NCBI GenBank assembly: GCA_965230965.1
Contig: OZ246401.1
Span: forward strand, 53,199-117,198
Source: an uncultured Gammaproteobacteria bacterium
GTDB lineage: Bacteria; Patescibacteriota; Microgenomatia; UBA1406; HO2-37-13b
Direction of reading: 5' to 3'
Length of the DNA stretch: 64,000 nt
Of the stretch, positions 61,977-64,000 are shown in pieces. The number at the start of each line of letters is the position of its first letter. The stretch's first letter is position 1. The position numbers were made by a program, and so were the translations under genes. The notes beneath the pieces are model-generated. The model was not told the origin of the DNA and made no database searches. It saw nothing but the letters and a program-made list of their open reading frames with translations.

Positions 61977-64000
61977 TTATTCCTGTCTCACCACTGCTCT
62001 TGTTGGTGCGGTTATGCCGTTTGGCGGTACAATAACCGTCGTTCGCGGTTCGCCTTCGTGATTACAGTCTAAACAGTACTTTGCAAGGCCATCCCATACC
62101 ACCGTATGCTCTCGCATTTCAACTGCAGGATTACCCTCCTCGGGCAGATATACATCTGTATCACGGTTAACAGGTACCTGCTCTTTTGAAATTGACCCAG
62201 CACCAGTACCCTCCGTGCCCTTGATAAAATATTCAAACTGTGACTGACAATTTGGCTGACTTCCATCTGCAGGTACCGGTGCATTTGGATCTTGCTGTGA
62301 AGGATCTTTAATAATACATTCTGACTTCCCTACTACTCCATCGGGTTGTCTCGAAAGTAAATCTGGTTGGTTCTGTAAAACTCTAGACATGACTTTATTC
62401 CAAATTGGAGCAGCTCCTGTAATGCCTGAAGCTAATCCTGACATGGCCGAATTATCATTGTTCCCGACCCAAGCAGCAACAAGAAAATTAGGGGTGTATC
62501 CGATCGTCCAGTTATCACGTAAATCATTGGTCGTCCCAGTCTTTACAGAAACACCTTTTTTGCCTTTCACCACAAGGCTACTGGATGGTCCAAAAGCTGC
62601 TGAGCGAGCACCATTGTCTTGTAGAATACTAGAAATAATAAACGCAGCTTCCTTAGAGATTGCCCGCTTCCCTTTTATAGACAGGAAATTAGGAAAATCT
62701 ATTGGCGCATCAACATTTTGTACAAAATTTGGATCTTTATATTCGTAAAGGACTTTTCCATTCTTATCTTTAACTTCTAAAATGCTTGTTAGTTTTCTAG
62801 GCACACCTTCATTAGCAAATGCTGAGAATGCTTGTGCCATTTCTACCATAGTGACCTCTCCTCCACCAAGAGTAAGTGACAAACCATATCTCTTTGGGTC
62901 TTTCAATGAATCAATTAAAAACGCGCTCGATGATGCGACAAAATTTTCAACGCCATTCTTCGCCAACATTTTTACAGCCGGAATATTCAAGGAGTTGGCC
63001 AATGCGAAACGAAGCGTTACAGGACCTCTATAACTTCCATCATAGTTTACTGGACAATATCCTTTGGGTTGCCCTGGTGCAGAAAAACATGTTGGAGCAT
63101 CAACAAACACACTAGCCCCTGTAACAATTCTTCTATCGATACCAATCGCATAATTTATTGGTTTGATTGATGAGCCGGGTTGTCTCTGTGCGGTTGTCAC
63201 ATTATATGAACCGGAACCTGTTGCAAAAAAATCGGTTGACCCAACCATAGAAAGAATTTCACCCGTTGATGGCCTTGTTACAAGCAGTGCGCCATTCGAC
63301 ACGCGAAGCTTTTTTATCTTTGCAACCTCATCATTTAATATGGCCTCTGCTGAGGCTTGAAAATCGCTATCTAAAGTTGTCTTTACAATTAATCCACCTT
63401 CTTCAACCAATTGCTTCCCGTATTCCTCTTCTAAAATAGAACGCACATAAAACACAAAATGTGGCGCTTTGATCGTGTTTCCTGGTGGAATTAAATGAAG
63501 TTCTTCTCTTTCTGCATCGATGCGTTGCTGCTCGGTAATAAAACCCACATCTTCCATGCGTTTAAGAACTGAAAGTTGTCTGCTCTTAGCTCTGTCAAAA
63601 TGTGTAAACGGATTATATGCACTTGGCGCTGCAGGAAGCCCAGCGAGGAGCGCGGCTTCTGCTACAGACAAATCCTTTGCATCTTTTTGAAAATACGATT
63701 GAGCAGCTTCTTGAATACCATATGACACACCACCGTAAGGAACTTGATTTAAATATAGCTCGAGAATTTGATCTTTTGTGAGCATATGCTCAATTTGAAT
63801 TGCTAGAACAGCTTCTTTAAGTTTTCTCTGAATGGTACGCTCTGGAGTTAAAAGTGCTGATTTTACGAGCTGCTGTGTAATTGTAGACCCGCCCTGCTTC
63901 GACTTTCCTTTTAGTACCATATCTTTTGCGGCTCTCAATATACCTCCAAACAGAGAAATGCCTCCGTGCTTATAAAAATTTGCGTCTTCAATGGCCAAGG
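61977..64000 (-). CDS. class A penicillin-binding protein (GT51 transglycosylase + transpeptidase), N-terminus beyond the right window edge
   Basis: GT51 motifs AIEDANFYKHGG, GGSTITQQ, RKLKEA. Transpeptidase motifs SSIK, SLN, KTGTT. Cys-containing C-terminal tail of about 130 aa. The reading frame stays open to position 64000. Confidence 0.9.
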   Translation of the reverse strand, partial: LAIEDANFYKHGGISLFGGILRAAKDMVLKGKSKQGGSTITQQLVKSALLTPERTIQRKLKEAVLAIQIEHMLTKDQILELYLNQVPYGGVSYGIQEAAQSYFQKDAKDLSVAEAALLAGLPAAPSAYNPFTHFDRAKSRQLSVLKRMEDVGFITEQQRIDAEREELHLIPPGNTIKAPHFVFYVRSILEEEYGKQLVEEGGLIVKTTLDSDFQASAEAILNDEVAKIKKLRVSNGALLVTRPSTGEILSMVGSTDFFATGSGSYNVTTAQRQPGSSIKPINYAIGIDRRIVTGASVFVDAPTCFSAPGQPKGYCPVNYDGSYRGPVTLRFALANSLNIPAVKMLAKNGVENFVASSSAFLIDSLKDPKRYGLSLTLGGGEVTMVEMAQAFSAFANEGVPRKLTSILEVKDKNGKVLYEYKDPNFVQNVDAPIDFPNFLSIKGKRAISKEAAFIISSILQDNGARSAAFGPSSSLVVKGKKGVSVKTGTTNDLRDNWTIGYTPNFLVAAWVGNNDNSAMSGLASGITGAAPIWNKVMSRVLQNQPDLLSRQPDGVVGKSECIIKDPSQQDPNAPVPADGSQPNCQSQFEYFIKGTEGTGAGSISKEQVPVNRDTDVYLPEEGNPAVEMREHTVVWDGLAKYCLDCNHEGEPRTTVIVPPNGITAPTRAVVRQE

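Noticed and set aside
1-64000. CRISPR arrays, rRNA, tmRNA/RNase P RNA, alternative genetic code (UGA recoding), split or frameshifted pseudogenes
   Set aside because: No regularly spaced repeats were seen, and no gene-free stretch exceeds about 260 bp. TGA is used as a genuine stop (e.g. murC, cassette B), and every conserved protein is intact in the standard code.

Overview
AT-rich (high-30s % G+C by eye), very gene-dense bacterial chromosome segment read with the standard code (TGA is used as a stop and all conserved proteins are full length). I count about 61 protein genes, 3 tRNAs, and no rRNA, CRISPR array, transposase or integrase. The style points to a small-genome, Patescibacteria/CPR-like organism, though this is inference and not a search result: shortened housekeeping enzymes, unusual domain fusions, 4-nt ATGA overlaps, convergent genes overlapping at their 3' ends, and a large glycosyltransferase island with a DUF4012-like gene. 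Layout by coordinate:
- 1-7051: minus-strand dcw-type operon mraZ-rsmH-ftsL-ftsI-murE-pgeF-murC-murB.
- 7087-9254: MazG-like NTP pyrophosphatase, an anchored secreted protein, and glyQS.
- 9302-25878: surface-glycan island with 2 GT2, 5 GT4, 2 GT-C/PMT-like proteins, an O-antigen-ligase-like protein, an acetyltransferase, manC, a DUF4012-like protein and a polyprenyl-P sugar transferase. A recO-like gene is embedded in it.
- 25943-27583: tRNA-Pro, NUDIX, PIG-L deacetylase, tRNA-Met/Ile2(CAU) and a small GC-rich cassette.
- 27584-43099: tsaD, a tsaC-tsaE fusion, ftsH, a 5'-3' exonuclease, eno, nrnA, a CphA-like ATP-grasp protein, secA, serS, rdgB, a lysS-HD fusion and greA.
- 43221-43990: two tandem GC-rich micro-gene cassettes followed by tRNA-Glu.
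- 43992-52008: mostly uncharacterised small genes, plus NUDIX, dedA, a beta-CASP nuclease, radC and two DsbA-like proteins around a cysteine-free membrane protein.
- 52061-59367: lon, then a suf operon (yerC-like, sufC, sufB, sufD, sufS, sufU, fdx).
- 59628-64000: fba, pgk and a partial class A PBP.

The signals I consider most worth follow-up:
- A three-member family of self-contained GC-rich micro-genes sits next to tRNA genes. In the two tandem copies, the predicted transcript 5' end is complementary to the loop of the copy's own terminator, and this pairing covaries between the copies.
- Many genes have a promoter -10 element only 6-9 nt upstream of the ATG, suggesting leaderless mRNAs. 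Two ORFs also begin 1-9 nt after a tRNA.
- The TsaC-TsaE and LysRS-HD fusions are unusual domain architectures.
- A 260-bp intergenic region with a perfect 12-bp palindrome lies between the yerC-like/suf operon and fba.
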